Notes under the pieces: generated by a model | Told to the model about the DNA's origin: nothing | The model's database searches: none | The model's input: the letters and a program-made list of their open reading frames with translations, nothing else | Made by a program: the position numbers and the translations under genes | Shown: in pieces, positions 44,622 to 57,400 of the stretch | How positions within the stretch are numbered: position 1 is the stretch's first letter | Layout: each line of letters starts with the position of its first letter | DNA from: Protoeuglena noctilucae | Taxonomy: Eukaryota | Reading direction: 5' to 3' | Length of the DNA: 64,000 nt | Assembly: GCA_958009085.1 (NCBI GenBank) | Contig: OY253687.1 | Coordinates: 558,001-622,000 of the forward strand

Positions 44622-47148
44622 ATGAGGGCCGCGGACCGCGCGGCTAGCCGCCGGCAGCAGTACAAGAAGGGCATTGATGCGGAGGAGTCGCGCCGCAAGG
44701 TGGGGACCGCGGTGTGGGCGGAGTGGGCCCTCTTTCCGGATCCGGCCTTCGCGGGGGCTCCGGGCCCTCGATTTCCGGGCGCATGTTCTGATGCACGCGC
44801 GGCGGTGGGGCGAGCGATCGGGTGGAGGGCGCCAAACGGTCCTTTTGGGGCTGGGAGGCTCGTTGGGCCGTCGTCGAGGACCGCGCGGGGTCCTCCAGGG
44901 CGCGTCAATCAGGGTTCGTGATTTTGTATCGGTTAGGATCCCTCGGGGATCATTAGGCGCCCTCCCCCGCGTCCCGCAGCGCGAGGACAACATCGTGGCC
45001 ATGAGGAAGAACAAGCGAGACGAGAACCTGCAGAAGCGGAGAAATATGGCCGGTGGGGAGGTGGCCATGTCGGAGGGCGCCCTCTCCGTGGCCGGCGTGC
45101 CGCAGAACAGCCAAGCGCAGGTGCGCATGAGGCAGGGGAGCACTGGGGCTTGCCTGACGGCCCTGCCGAGTGGCTGACGCGGAGGGCCCTGAAGGAGTCT
45201 GCCAGGAGTCCGCGTCTGTCAAGCCCGGGGCCTCGCGCGCCGCTCTAGCGGCCAGCTTGGATCGCGTGCGCAGCGTGCCTGCGCGCCTCCCACGCGCGCG
45301 GTGTCCCCCGACGGCCTCGCCGCCGTCTGAGACGTCGATTTCTGTGCTCGCAGCTGCAAAAGCTTTACGAGCTGGTCCAGCAGATCAGCCAGCCGGACAT
45401 CGTGAACCAGCGCGCCGCGACCGAGGGCTTCCGCAAGCTGCTCTCGATCGAGAAGAACCCGCCAATCGAGGAGGTCATTCGTCAGGGCGTGATCCCCAAG
45501 TTCGTGCAGTTCCTGCAGTACCCCGACGCCAAGGTGGGGCCATTCGCCGCGTCCCGCGCCGCAGCGCTGCCGTCGGCCGCCGCGGCGCCGCATGCCCGGC
45601 CCCCGCGCCCTCCCCCGCAGCTCCAGTTCGAGGCGGCGTGGGCGCTCACGAACGTGGCGTCCGGCACGCCCGACCAGACGCGCGCGGTGATCGACGCTGG
45701 GGCGGTGCCCATCTTCGTGCAGCTGCTTCGCAACCCCGACTCGGACGTCCGGGAGCAGGCCGTCTGGGCGTTGGGGAACATTGCGGGCGACTCGCCCAAG
45801 TGCCGGGACCTGGTCCTCGGTTCCAACACCATGGAGCCTCTGCTCGAATTGCTAGAGCCCCAGGCCTCGGTCTCGATGCTCCGGAACGCCACGTGGACGC
45901 TGTCCAACCTGTGCCGCGGCAAGGTGCGATGCCGAGGCGTGCGCTGCATCCGCCACCGCGCCGCCCGCAAGGCTGCCCAGGCATCCGCCCGCAAGGCTGT
46001 AAGTCCGCCCTCGTTCCGGCCCCCGCAGCCCCAGCCGGACTTCAACATGGTGCGGATCGCGCTGCCGAAGCTGTCGCAGCTGCTGACGTCCGCGGACGAG
46101 GAGGTCCTCACGGACGCCTGCTGGGCGCTGTCGTACTTATCGGACGGGGAGGACAGCAAAATCGAGGAGGTGTTGCGCGTCGGGGTGGTGCGGCGCCTCG
46201 TGGAGCTGCTGGCGCACAAGTCGGCGTCGGTGCTGGTGCCTGCGTTGCGCACGGTGGGCAACATCGTCACGGGGAACGACCAGCAGACGCAGCAGGTCAT
46301 CAACGCGGGGGCGCTCGAGGCGCTGCGGGTGTTGCTGGAGGTCTCGGGGCGCAAGTCGATCCGGAAGGAGGCGTGCTGGACCATCTCCAACATCACCGCC
46401 GGCACGCGCGACCAGATCCAGGCCGTCATTGAGAGGAACATTATCCCGACGCTCGTGCAGGTGCTGGCGCGGCACGCGTGGGACCCATCGTGCACTGGGC
46501 AGTCGGCGGGAGGTGATATGGAGAGCTGCGTTCCCTGTCGCTCGCGCAGATGCTGGAGGGCGAGTCGTTCGACATCAAGAAGGAGGCGGCGTGGGCCATT
46601 TCGAACGCGACCTCGGGCGGCGACCACAACCAGGTGGCGTACCTGGTGCAGTGCAACTGCATCCCGCCGCTGTGCGCGCTGCTCGAGTGCGGGGACACCA
46701 AGATCGTCACGGTCGTCCTGGAGGCCCTGGAGAACATCCTCAAGGTCGGGCAGTCTGCGGCGGAGATGGCGGGGAGCATGGACGACAATCCGTTCCGGGA
46801 CATCATCGAGGAGTGCGGGGGCATCGACAAGATCGAGGCGCTGCAGAACTTCGACAAGCAGGAGATCGTCGAGAAGGCCGTCGAGCTCATCTGCAAGGCA
46901 AGGGCACGGTTTTGCTGCAGCGACTGGACAGAGGGCGTTTGTGCAGCAAGTGAACACAGCGGGGCTTTTTATCGTAGAATTCAGAACAGGCAGAAGGTCT
47001 TCTCACGCGCTCGCGTGGCCGCGCGTGCCCGCAGTACTTCGGCCAGGACGACACGGAGCCGGGCGACAACGCGATGCTCAACCCGGAGGTGCAGGGCAAC
47101 CAGTTCGGGTTCGGGGCCAACATGCCCAGTGGCGGGTTTAACTTCTGA
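44622..47148 (+). CDS. Importin subunit alpha; 7 exons
   Basis: IBB domain [20 protein letters not shown]...[16 protein letters not shown] repeats [70 protein letters not shown]-terminus GGFNF. Confidence 0.98.
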
Positions 47149-47346
47149 TTGTGGAGTGGGGCGCCCGCCCTGCGCGCTGCCGCGCGGCGCATGTGAGGCT
47201 GATTGAAGCCATGCAGCACGTGTCTGGCAGCCCCGCCTGGCGCCGCCCTCGCTGCCCTTCTGCGCTGCTCCTCGGCACGGTTCTTCCAATACGATCACGA
47301 GGTCCGCGAGCGGTCATCGGGCAGTCGAGATAGGCGCTGCGCACAC

Positions 47347-47361
47347 ACTCCGGAAGCTTCC
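47347..47361. promoter_or_regulatory. Possible heat-shock element upstream of the DnaJ gene
   Basis: aCTCc-gGAAg-cTTCc: two perfect and one imperfect inverted nGAAn units, about 70 nt before the ATG at 47431. Confidence 0.35.
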
Positions 47362-47430
47362 TGGCGCAGAAAGGGCTCGCGCGGCCCCTCGGTAGCCGTA
47401 GCCGGTCCGCGTAGCATCGCGTGAGGGACC

Positions 47431-49220
47431 ATGGGGAGGGATTACTACCAAATCCTCGGCGTCAGCCGAAACGCCGACGAGAACGAGCTCAAGAAGGGTG
47501 AGCGGGCGGCCTGGGGAGCTCGACCGCAATTGAGCGGTCTCGCGCCCTCGCCGTCAGCCTCGCGCACGCAATTTTCAAGGCACAAGGGGCATGGGTTTGC
47601 AAACTGCCTTTTCGATGCGCACGGACGCGGGGAGCGTCGGTGATGTGGCTTCGCCGTTGCTGCGGTCCTGCCGCCCCGCGGCGCAGCTCATGACTATGTT
47701 TGCGTGATATCTGCGTGCTTGTCCTTTGCATAAAGCCGTAGATGCATTCGGATTAGTGGATGTTGACGTCTCTCGACGCGTCTTGTCCGCCCCGTTCACT
47801 CATCGCGCTCGGTTCCGCGCCCGACGCCCTGCCCGCACCCGACGCCGCGCCGCGCCGCGCCGCCCTGGATCACAACTGAGGCCTTCTCCTTGCGTGCGCA
47901 GCGTATCGGAAGCTGGCGATGAAGTGGCACCCCGACAAGCACAAGGACAAGAAGGAGGTGGCGGAGGAGAAGTTCAAGGAGATATCCGAGGCCTACGACG
48001 TGTTGTCAGACAAGGAGAAGCGGCAAATCTACGACCAGTTCGGGGAGGAGGGGCTCAAGGCGGGGATGGGCGGGGGTGGGGGGCCCGGGGGCCCCGGGGG
48101 CGGTCCCGGGGTGCGCTTCAACTTCCGTTCCGCCGACGACATTTTCCGGGAGTTCTTCGGGATGTCGGGATTCGGTGGCATGGACGACGGGTTCGCGGGG
48201 TTCGGGATGGGCGGGCCATTCGGCGGCGGGGGGGGTCCATTTGGGGGCATCCCGATGGGAGGCATGCCGATGGGTGGCATGCCAAGGGGCCCGCGCAAGC
48301 CACCCGCCGTGCACACGGAGACGCTCTGCTCGCTTGAGGTGAGGGCTCGCGGTGATATCTGGTGCAATGAGCAGCTGCTGACGCGCATGACATGCCACGA
48401 CACCCATCGTGCCCCAGGCCGGCCCGATCCGTTGCTAGTCTCTTAATGAACTCATCATCTGGCCGCAGGAGCTGTATCACGGGAAGACGAAGAAGATCAA
48501 GGTGTCAAGGATGGTGAACGGGAAGCCGGCGGAAGAGATCCTGGAGTTGAACATCCGACCGGGGTGGAAGGCGGGGACGAAGCTTACGTTTGAGGGCAAA
48601 GGGGGCGACGCGAACGCGGGGCAGCCGGCGGCGGACCTCGTCATCGTGGTGAAGGAGAAGCCGCACGAGCTGTTCAAGCGCGACGGGAACGACCTCGTGA
48701 TGCAGGTGACTACGGGGGAAGGGTCACACCGACTGTGAGATGCGCCGCCCGCGAGATGCTTTGATGGGACCTCCACACATGCTGTGAGACTCTGTCGCGC
48801 TCGGGCCGTTCGCTTTCTGACCATGAAACACCGCGTGCACCCCGCAGAGGACGATCACGCTGACGGAGGCGCTGACGGGGTACACCCTGGCGTTCGTGCA
48901 CTTGAATGGGCAGCGGTACTCGTTCCCCATAACGGACGTCATCCAGCCGGGGATGATCAAGACCATCCCCAACTTGGGCATGCCTCTGTCCAAGGCCCCC
49001 GGGCAGTTCGGGCACCTGCGGGTCACGTTCAACGTTCGATTCCCACAGGTGAGCCGGTGTAGCCCAAACGACCCCAAAAGTGGGTCCCTCGCAGTGAGCC
49101 TGACGTTGGCGCGACCATGACGCATGCGCCGGCGGACTGACGCCTCCGTTGCTTCCGCGCCCGCAGCACTTGACGGCGGAGCAGAAGGCGGTGCTCAAGG
49201 ACTGCTTCGCGTTCTCGTGA
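47431..49220 (+). CDS. DnaJ/Hsp40 class B (DNAJB4/5-like); 5 exons
   Basis: [42 protein letters not shown] and G/M region, [27 protein letters not shown]; no zinc finger. Confidence 0.95.
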
Positions 49221-49495
49221 GGAGGTGTGGGCTGGGGCACGCCGACATCCTAGCAGCTACCCTCTCCGTTCTCTTTCACCATTCTCTTCACGGCCTAGGC
49301 AACGTACCCTTCCAGGCGCACTCTCGCCTGCCGCCAAATCTTAGGGCAGGCGCGCCTGCTGACATCCAGTGTCGGTGGACAGCGCATCGGCGGTTTCTCC
49401 TCTTCTCCGCGGCGACTGCGGCGCTGTCGTGCGCATCCTGTGGCGCGGCGAGAGGGCGATAGCCAAGCGCGAGCACGCTGCTCCTTGAACCCATG

Positions 49496-50023
49496 TCAGT
49501 GCTGGTCCTCCATGGCACGTTTGAGGAACTGGGCGGTGTCGAGGAACCTCCTCGCGCAGTTCATCATGCACTGCTCCTCCTGTGAACGAAAGCGGGCGCG
49601 AAGCGTGAAGCGAAGCCCAGAGACGCGCACAAGATGGCACACGACGGGTGCTGCGATTGCATGACGATGCCGGCCCGTCAAGCCCCGCCGCTGAGGCCAT
49701 GCGATCACCTTGGAGCTAAGCGACTTCCCCGGGTAAGACATGCACTTGTCCCAGCACTTCTCGGTCAGCATCGCCACCACTTCGTTGGCCTTCGCGCGGT
49801 CCTGCGCGGGCAGATTGCATTCGCTTGAACCGACGGGGGAATCCATCTCAGCGCAGTACAACCTCACAGCTACGCATCGACACGCAGTTGGGGAATCGGC
49901 CGGGCCTCCGCGCTCGTCCAGGTTGGCCGGTGCGGGTGCCGCGTCGGGGACTGCTGGAGCCGTCACCTGCATCTGCGCGACGAATCGCTGGAGCTCCGGA
50001 GAGGCAGCATCGGACCCCGCCAT
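49496..50023 (-). CDS. TIM8: Mitochondrial import chaperone TIM8; 3 exons
   Basis: PELQRFV...Q-DRAKANEVVAMLTEKCWDKC...SSK-EEQCMMNCARRFLDT (twin CX3C). Confidence 0.9.
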   Translation of the reverse strand: MAGSDAASPELQRFVAQMQVTAPAVPDAAPAPANLDERGGPADSPTACRCVAVRLYCAEMDSPVGSSECNLPAQDRAKANEVVAMLTEKCWDKCMSYPGKSLSSKVIAWPQRRGLTGRHRHAIAAPVVCHLVRVSGLRFTLRARFRSQEEQCMMNCARRFLDTAQFLKRAMEDQH

Positions 50024-50397
50024 CGCTCCCGACCGCTGTCCTAAGCCACGGCAGCTACGCCTGGTCCTCGAGTTGCTTCGTCAGCCGGCGAGGCAGCGGT
50101 CAGTGCTCTCCTCGTCGAATAGAGCCGAGCACCGATATCTACTACCTCACCAACGTACAGCTTTGGCGACTCTGCGAGCTCCCATGGCTGCCGCGCGCCA
50201 GTAGAGCTCTCCTGGCACCTGCGCGCTGTCTGACCTGTCGATTGTGAAAGGCTTGCCCCTGTGCCGCTACACCGCTGACTCGTAAGGATAGTGTTCATAT
50301 GATAGACACCATTGATTGGGTGTGGCATTGTCTCGTCGACGCGGAATTCTGGGAGCGGCCTCCGACGTCAGAGGCACCGCTGCGCTCTCGCATCGGG

Positions 50398-52373
50398 ATG
50401 CGAGCGCTGCTGCCGAGCGTCGTGGGGAACTGTCGCTGCTCTGCTCTCGCTGCCGCACGTGTCGGCGCCCCGCAGTCCTTTCTCTCGCTCGTGGGAGGGG
50501 CCCGGGCACTCCCCTCGCTCCTCGCGCGCGCGGAGGGGGCGGCGCGGGGAGCAGCGATGGCGGTTGGAGATTATCAGGAGTTGAGGGAAGCTGGGTCGCT
50601 CGGTGATGGCGGCCCGCTGCGGGAGCGCGGCGTGCGGGCGGAGGCGAGGGAGCGGACCTACCCTGCAGTCGGGGAGCCGACCGCGCCGCTTCTGTCGGTG
50701 GCGCCGATGATGGACTGGACGGACATCCATTACAGGTGTGTGACCACTCCCTTGGAGCTCTCCCGCGCCCGCGGATGACCCCGAGCGGCTCGGCGAACCT
50801 GAGCCGTGCCCCATTTCCCCACGCAGGCAGCTGGCGCGGCTGATGACGAAGCGCACGTGGTTGTACACCGAGATGGTCGTCGACGGCACCGTGATCCACT
50901 CGAACGAGCTGGACCGCCACCTGTGGTTTCCGGAGGGGCAGGAGCCGGTGGTGCTGCAGCTGGGTGGGTCAGAGCCCGAAAAGCTGCGGAGGTGAGCGCG
51001 CAGGGCCGTAACTACTAACGAGCCCGGCTTACTTGTCACGCGTCTCTTCTTCCTGGACGATTTCTTGCAACATCACACCAGATGGTGGTACCGAGTGTGA
51101 TGCCAACATTGATCGTCCTGCCCGTGCCCGTCCCGCAGGGCCACAGAGATAGCGTCCAGGTACGGGTACACGGAGCTGAACCTGAACTGCGGGTGCCCGA
51201 GCGACCGCGTCGCCGGCGCCGGGTGCTTCGGCGCCGCGCTGATGACCGACCCTGCGCGCGTGGGCGAGGCGGTGGCTGCGATGAGCGCGGCGTCGCCCGT
51301 CCCGGTCACGGTCAAGTGCCGGATCGGCGTGGACGACGTGGACGCGTACAGCGACCTCCGCGACTTCGTGACCCGCGTGCGCGACGCCTCCGGGTGCCGC
51401 CACTTCCTCATCCACGCCCGCAAGGCCTGGCTGAGCGGGCTCAACCCCCACCAGAACCGCACCATACCCCCGCTGCACCATGAGTGGGTGTTTTCGCTGC
51501 TGCAAGACTTTCCCGACGTCGAGTTCTCCCTCAACGGCGGCGTCATGAGTTGCTACCAGGCCGCAGAGGCACTTTCCATCCAAGTGGCCGGCCGGCGACT
51601 GCGGGGCGTGATGATCGGACGCGCAGCGTACAACAACCCCTGGCAGTGCCTGGCTGACGCCGACCGAGTTGTCTTTGGGGAGCCCAACCCGTGCCCGTCC
51701 CGTCGCGCCCTGCTACAGGTGTGCCCTGCCATGCATGTGCCACCCCGACGCACCGCCTGCACAGTCGCTGACCCCGAGCCCCACGCTCGCTCCAAGCGTG
51801 CCCTTATCGTGCTCTGATCGCGGCTGTGAATGTACTGGCGCGTGCCGTGAACAATCTCGCTTGCCTTGTCTCCCAGAAGTATTGCGAGTATGGCGACGCC
51901 GTCGTGGGGCGGTTTAAGGAGTCGGAGGGTGGGCAGAAGTACCCCAGCGTGCGTGCCGTGTGCAAGCCCTTGCTGGGCCTCTTCCATGGCGAGCGTGGGA
52001 ACAAGTGAGAGCCGCGGATGTGCTGGTTGGGGTGCTCTGAGGTGTCCCATACACAGCTGGGCGTGCTTGTCGCCTGTCCCGTGGCAGCGCGGCGTCTGTC
52101 ATGGCATGACAGACGCTGACGGGGCAAGTATGATCCCGCCGTTTACGCATGCTTGCGATCCACCAGCCCCCGCCTGGCCGCAGGCGATGGAAGCAGCGAC
52201 TGGACGACGTGTTGCGCAATGACACGACCGTGTCGGAGGCCGTCAACTTTGCGATGGAGGCCGTGCCGGACGACGTCCTGGACGCGCCACCGGGTGCTTT
52301 CGTTATGGAGGATGACCAGGCGTGCTACCCCCTGGCTAAGGCGAGCGAGGGCCCCTGTGGCTGCGAGTCATGA
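50398..52373 (+). CDS. dusA: tRNA-dihydrouridine synthase, DusA type, with an organelle-targeting-like N-terminus; 5 exons; start uncertain
   Basis: SVAPMMDWTD.HYR, LYTEMV, LQLGGS, ELNLNCGCPSDRV, VTVKCRIGVDD, IHARKAWLSGLNPHQNRTIPPL, VMIGRAAY. Confidence 0.93.
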
Positions 52374-52782
52374 GACCTGCCCGCGTTCGCACATGCCACG
52401 GCGGGTGCCAGGAACTGGCTGGTCCTCACGTTGCGTTCGGATGCAAACGCCAAACTCTCGTCACGTTGTGATTGCAGGAGATGCCGGCGTTCCCTTCTGA
52501 CACGGACCGGGCAGCACCGCCACGCAAGACACGCGGGGGCAAGGGCGCAGGTGTTGCAGGGGCCCCGACAGTTTCTGCGGAGGTGCCGCTGGTGCTAGAC
52601 GTGAGTGCGCTTGCGGGGGCCTGGGAGGATGCAGCGGGCGGCGAGGGCGGGGAAGGGCGGGCGGGGGAGGTGGCTGTTGAGACGGGGACCTGAACCTTAG
52701 TAAAGCCAATTCAATGGATGCTATAGATGTACGGTTGTGGTTCGATGTGTGAAAAGGACGCATTTGGTGAAGGGTGTGCCGC

Positions 52783-53576
52783 TCAGGCCCAAACGGCGAC
52801 GATGCCAGCGAAAAGCGCTGCGGCGGAGAGCAAGCATGCGACGACGATGTACGTGACGGCCTGTCCCTTGCTCCGGAGTTGGAAGCGCTGCGTCAGCCAC
52901 TGCAGCGAACGATCCACGACAGGAGCGAGGCCCAGGGCCAGGCCTGCCCGAAGCACCTTCGTCACTTGGCTCCCTGCCCAGGTGATGGCCAGGACCTCCG
53001 CGAGCCGGCGCGACGCCGCGGCAGCGCCGATGCCCCGAGGAACCTTGGCCACGACAACCCAGACGAATACGAACATGCCTGCGAGAGAAAACAGTGGATG
53101 TTTGGCATCCTGTCGCACGCACCTGCACCAGGAAAGCCGCCGACGCCTTGCTCCTCACCTGAATAGTAGAGCGTGTTGAACAGTCCATAACTCACGACTC
53201 CCGCCACGCCGTAAGCTCGCAGCTTCTCCTGCAGCTCGCCAGCACTGCCGCGAAAGAGAGGGAGCGGGTCAGCGACACCTGACTGCCGGCTTCTCGCGCG
53301 AGATAGCCCGCCTGACCCACCTCTTGCCGCGATCGCGACTCTGGCTGTCGACCACTTGCATCGCGCCACGACGGCGAGCGGAGAAGGGATGATAGGGCGG
53401 TCGCACCAAAGTCATCATCCTGAGATGCGGCGATGGGCCCCATCCACGTGCCAGCACTCTACGCGCCTTTGTGGCTGCGCGTATCCCCCCGCCTCCGCTT
53501 CTGGGATAGCGTCCCTGGGACTCGAGCTGCATCTGGGCCGCCGTCCGAAGTACCTCGTGCTCTTCGCACCCCGCAT
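52783..53576 (-). CDS. Uncharacterised conserved plastid-type membrane protein; start uncertain (may extend to ~53757)
   Basis: KLRAYGVAGVVSYGLFNTLYYS / GMFVFVW...AITWAGSQVTKVLRAGLALGLAPVVDR, a pattern recalled from plant and algal proteins; TGA at 52783-52785. Confidence 0.65.
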
Positions 53577-54425
53577 GCGACGCGATGGCAGCTCTGCGGG
53601 TTTATGAGCTGCTAGTGCATATAAGGTTCTGTCGTGCGCACCGATTAAAGGCGCTTTATTGCTGCCAGTGGACAACCTGAGGATGCCAATAGACACGGCT
53701 GATTTCGCGCGCCAGATCACGCTACATTCGCCTTCCAGGCACCTTGACGCTTCCATTACATGCCAGAGAATAAGTGAGCCAACGGTGAGGGGCAGCGATG
53801 GCCTACAGTGGCGGTGCCACGCGTCGGATGCACGCGCGAGATACTGGGCTTCTGGCACCAATCCCTCGCTCACCTGGGCGCTCACCGGCTGCTCCGTGGA
53901 CACTCCCAGCTAGTCTCGACCGTAATAAGCCCGAAAACGAATTCATAGCGAGTCATCTCTTCCTCCCCAGCGAGAACCGTCGCCCGAGCCCGTCGAATAG
54001 GCCAGGGGCCCACAAGTCATGGTTTGAGACCACTGCGATCGCGTGTTTGCAATTAGAGATGGCGGCCAGCAGCGCCGCAATCGACATGCGGCCCCAGGCG
54101 CCGCTGCAAAAGGTGAGCAGCGTTCAGTGATGGGAACGCCCCCACGCGCGCGAGCCACCGCGCCTGCGGCCCGTTTCCTGGGGCCATCGTCGTATTTGTA
54201 GGCATAATCAAACAGTAGGCCCTCGGGCGCGGCTTCATCGGCCCTCTGTGGCCCTCGCAAGTGCTTTGCCATGTGGCGAGCGGCCGCGGGGTCTCGATGC
54301 CCAGCGCCCTCGGGACCGCATTGCAGCCCGCGTCCGCATTCGCGGACACTTACTCGCGATTATAGCGTCTCCTTCCGACCTCCCTTGGGCTCTGTGGACG
54401 CCTCCGCGCCAAGCCGCTGACTCGC

Positions 54426-57400
54426 ATGGTTCTGTTCAAGCCTTGCCCCAAGTGTGCAGCGGAAAGGCCTTCCCATGCAACCCGACTCCATATCCTTTGC
54501 TGGAATTGCAGGACGGTGACCTCCAGGCCCGTGCCGCGCGGAGGTCGGTCTTCCAGGCACCCCGCCAGCTGTCGCGGCTGTCCACGCCGACCCACGCCGC
54601 GCCCGCCCCGGCCAAGGCCATCGCTGCGGACCTTTGCGACGAGGACTGCTGGGATACGCTCCCGCCGTCCCGGCGCTCCCGCACGGCCACGCTCTCCGAC
54701 CCAGAGTCGCCAGCCGTGCCCCATCACGACACCATCCTCCGGTCCGCCTCCCTGGCCCTCCAGGTGCGCCGCCCTTTCGCTTACTCCCTCAATAACTCGG
54801 AGCTGGTGGGGTCGGACCCACCAGCGGGGCCACGACCTGTGCCAAGTTGCGACTGCGATGTCGCTCCTGCAACGGGCTTGCTGCCTGGCCCAGTCTCTGG
54901 CATTGTGTGCGATGACCCTGGCCCACGTGCATCCCTCCCGCAGACGCTCGTCCAGGAGACGGAGCGCACAAGCCTCTCCGCGGGGTCGGACCCGCACCTG
55001 TGGCGGATGGCCAGCACGGCCGCCTCGCACCTCCCGGGCCACGCCCCGGCCAGCCCCCGGCGCAGCACCTGCATCGTGTGCCACCGCCACCAGCACCGCC
55101 GCGTCCCGTCGTCGTCCCGCCCGGGCCGCCCCTCCGCCGGCCTGTGGGTCCTGGCCATCGTCCTCGTGGCCGTCTCGCTCCTCATCCCCGGTGTCGTCGG
55201 GTATGGTTTCCAGCAGGGCTCGGCCGGCAGCGGCATGGTCTACTACTGGGACGAGATGGTCAACGCGAGCACCCCCACGGTGAGCTGGAGGCGGGCCAGG
55301 GAAGGGTGGTCAGTGGTTTTGAGCACGTGCGGTGTGGTACATAGCGCCCGGCGGGTGTGCACGCATCTGGATGTCACCTGCTCTCAAAGACAGCTAGCAA
55401 ACAAGTCGCGCTCATCTCATGGTTCATGATGTAATTCTCCTCGCAGGTCGCGGCGGGGACCAACAACACGGTGTCCATCCAGCCGAGCGGGCAGGGCACC
55501 ATGGCGGCGTTCGTCGACACGAGCGTCGGCAACAAGCTGTCGGTGGCCGAGTGGGACGCGACCACGTCGCAGTGGACCTTCCTCGGCGGCCGGGGTGTCT
55601 CCTCCGGGCAGGTGGAATACGTCAGCCTGGCCTTGGATTGGTTCGGCAACCCGATGGTCGCCTTCAAGGACCTCACCTGCACCGGCATGGGCAAGCTGAC
55701 CGTGCTCCAGTGGGACAGCAGCACGTCCACGTGGGCGCCCCTCGGACTGCCGTGCTTCTCCCTCGGGGAGGTCTTTGAGATTCAGGCGAGCCGCCAGAAC
55801 GCGCCAGAAACGCGGGGCGCTGCAGCTGCGAGGCGCATGGTCGCGAACAGACGGGTTTAACTTGATGGAGATGGATGGTTTGGGATGGATTGTGCAGCAC
55901 TTGTGGGTTGTGCAGAACGTCACCTACAGAGAGCACCGGAGTGGTTGCCGTGATGTCACAACGCGCTCACCCCGTCCGCCCCTCTCGCCCTCGCCCGCAG
56001 CTGGTGGTGTCAACCACGGACATGACTCCGCTCGTGGCCTTCCAGGACGGCATCACGGGATCACGGTCCGAGTGCCAGCCCCAGCCCTGCGCCTCGGTCA
56101 TGTCTTACAGCTCCAGCAGCGCCGGCACCTTCAGCACCCACGTGAGTCGCTGTCACGCTCACGTTGCTACAGTGGCACTCACACTCACACTCACGCTGCC
56201 TGAGTGGCTGCGCGGGCTGCGCCATTCCCACACCCCCAGTGGCGCAGAGCGCGGCTAGCTCTCCAGGGTTGCACTGCAAGCCGACGAGGTGTGCGTTTGG
56301 CAGGGACATCATCGCGTGTGGTGACGGTAAAGTAACCTTGGCTTTCGGCACCCGCAGTGGGACGACGTCGGCAAGCCTGGCTTCAGCAACGCCATGGCCA
56401 CGTCGCTGTCGTTCCAGTACACGACCTTCCCGCCCCTGCGGCCCATCCTGGCCTATGTCGATTACAGCTGCGCCTCGGGCAGCACGAACGGAGCGACAGG
56501 TGAGCCCACGCGATTCCGCGCAGTGCCCTGCTAAACCCTCGCGTCCCCGTCCGCTCTGCACATTCCATGCTGCTGTCTTTGTAGCATGGATGTCGCTGTG
56601 GCAGCTGTCTTTTGTGACCCCCCCACCCTTGCGCACGTATCCCTTCACCGCAACCCCGCCCCTACCCTCTCCCCGCAGCGATGGAGCTGATCAGCGTCCA
56701 GGACACCACCACGGGCACCACCACAGACACCTGGGTGGCACTTGGTACGACGTGCTTCTCTCCCGCGTCCGTCTACAGCGTCGCCCTGTCCTCGGACACT
56801 TGGTTCGGGGCGCCTTACGTGGTCTTCTCGGACGACGGCGTCGGCAACAAGGCCACGCTCATGAAGTACGACACTACCACGTGAGGACCTGTTGGTCACA
56901 GCTGGTCGTGGTCGTGACGGTCGTACTTGTGCCATGGTCACTTGCCATCATGCTGCTGGCAGCACCAGCAGTATTTGCCGTCGTTGCCGACGACGCTTGG
57001 GTCGGCTGACGCCCACTCCGCTTGCCTCTCCCTGCAGCACGCCGCCGACGTGGAGCGTCGTGGGGTCGCGCGGTGTGACGGCCGGGTGGGCGTCCAACCT
57101 TTCCCTCACCTTCTCTCCCGACCAGAACTTCCCTTGGTTCGCCTACTCGGACCAGGCGTTCAACAACAAGGGCAGCGTGCTCTACTTTGACGGCACGGCC
57201 TGGAACTACGCCGGCGACCCAGGCTTCACCGGTGAGTGCGCGAACAGCACGCGCCCTGCTGCAGCCCTGGTACATGCTCCCGCATGTCACGAGCGTTCGC
57301 TCTGTGACTGGGGACATGTACGATACCATAGGAATATCTAGCAGCTCGTAGCACGTGTGCACCTACCCCAGCTCACGGGACCATAGTACCTGCCCCCTCC

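Noticed and set aside
47498..47901. snoRNA in the long first DnaJ intron
   Set aside because: A lower-GC patch is present, but no convincing box C/D or H/ACA arrangement.
54426..55283. Separate zinc-ribbon protein (CPKC...CWNC)
   Set aside because: The rest of the ORF is an off-frame shadow of the surface-protein gene, and the Cys pairs probably fall in an intron; not supportable without transcripts.
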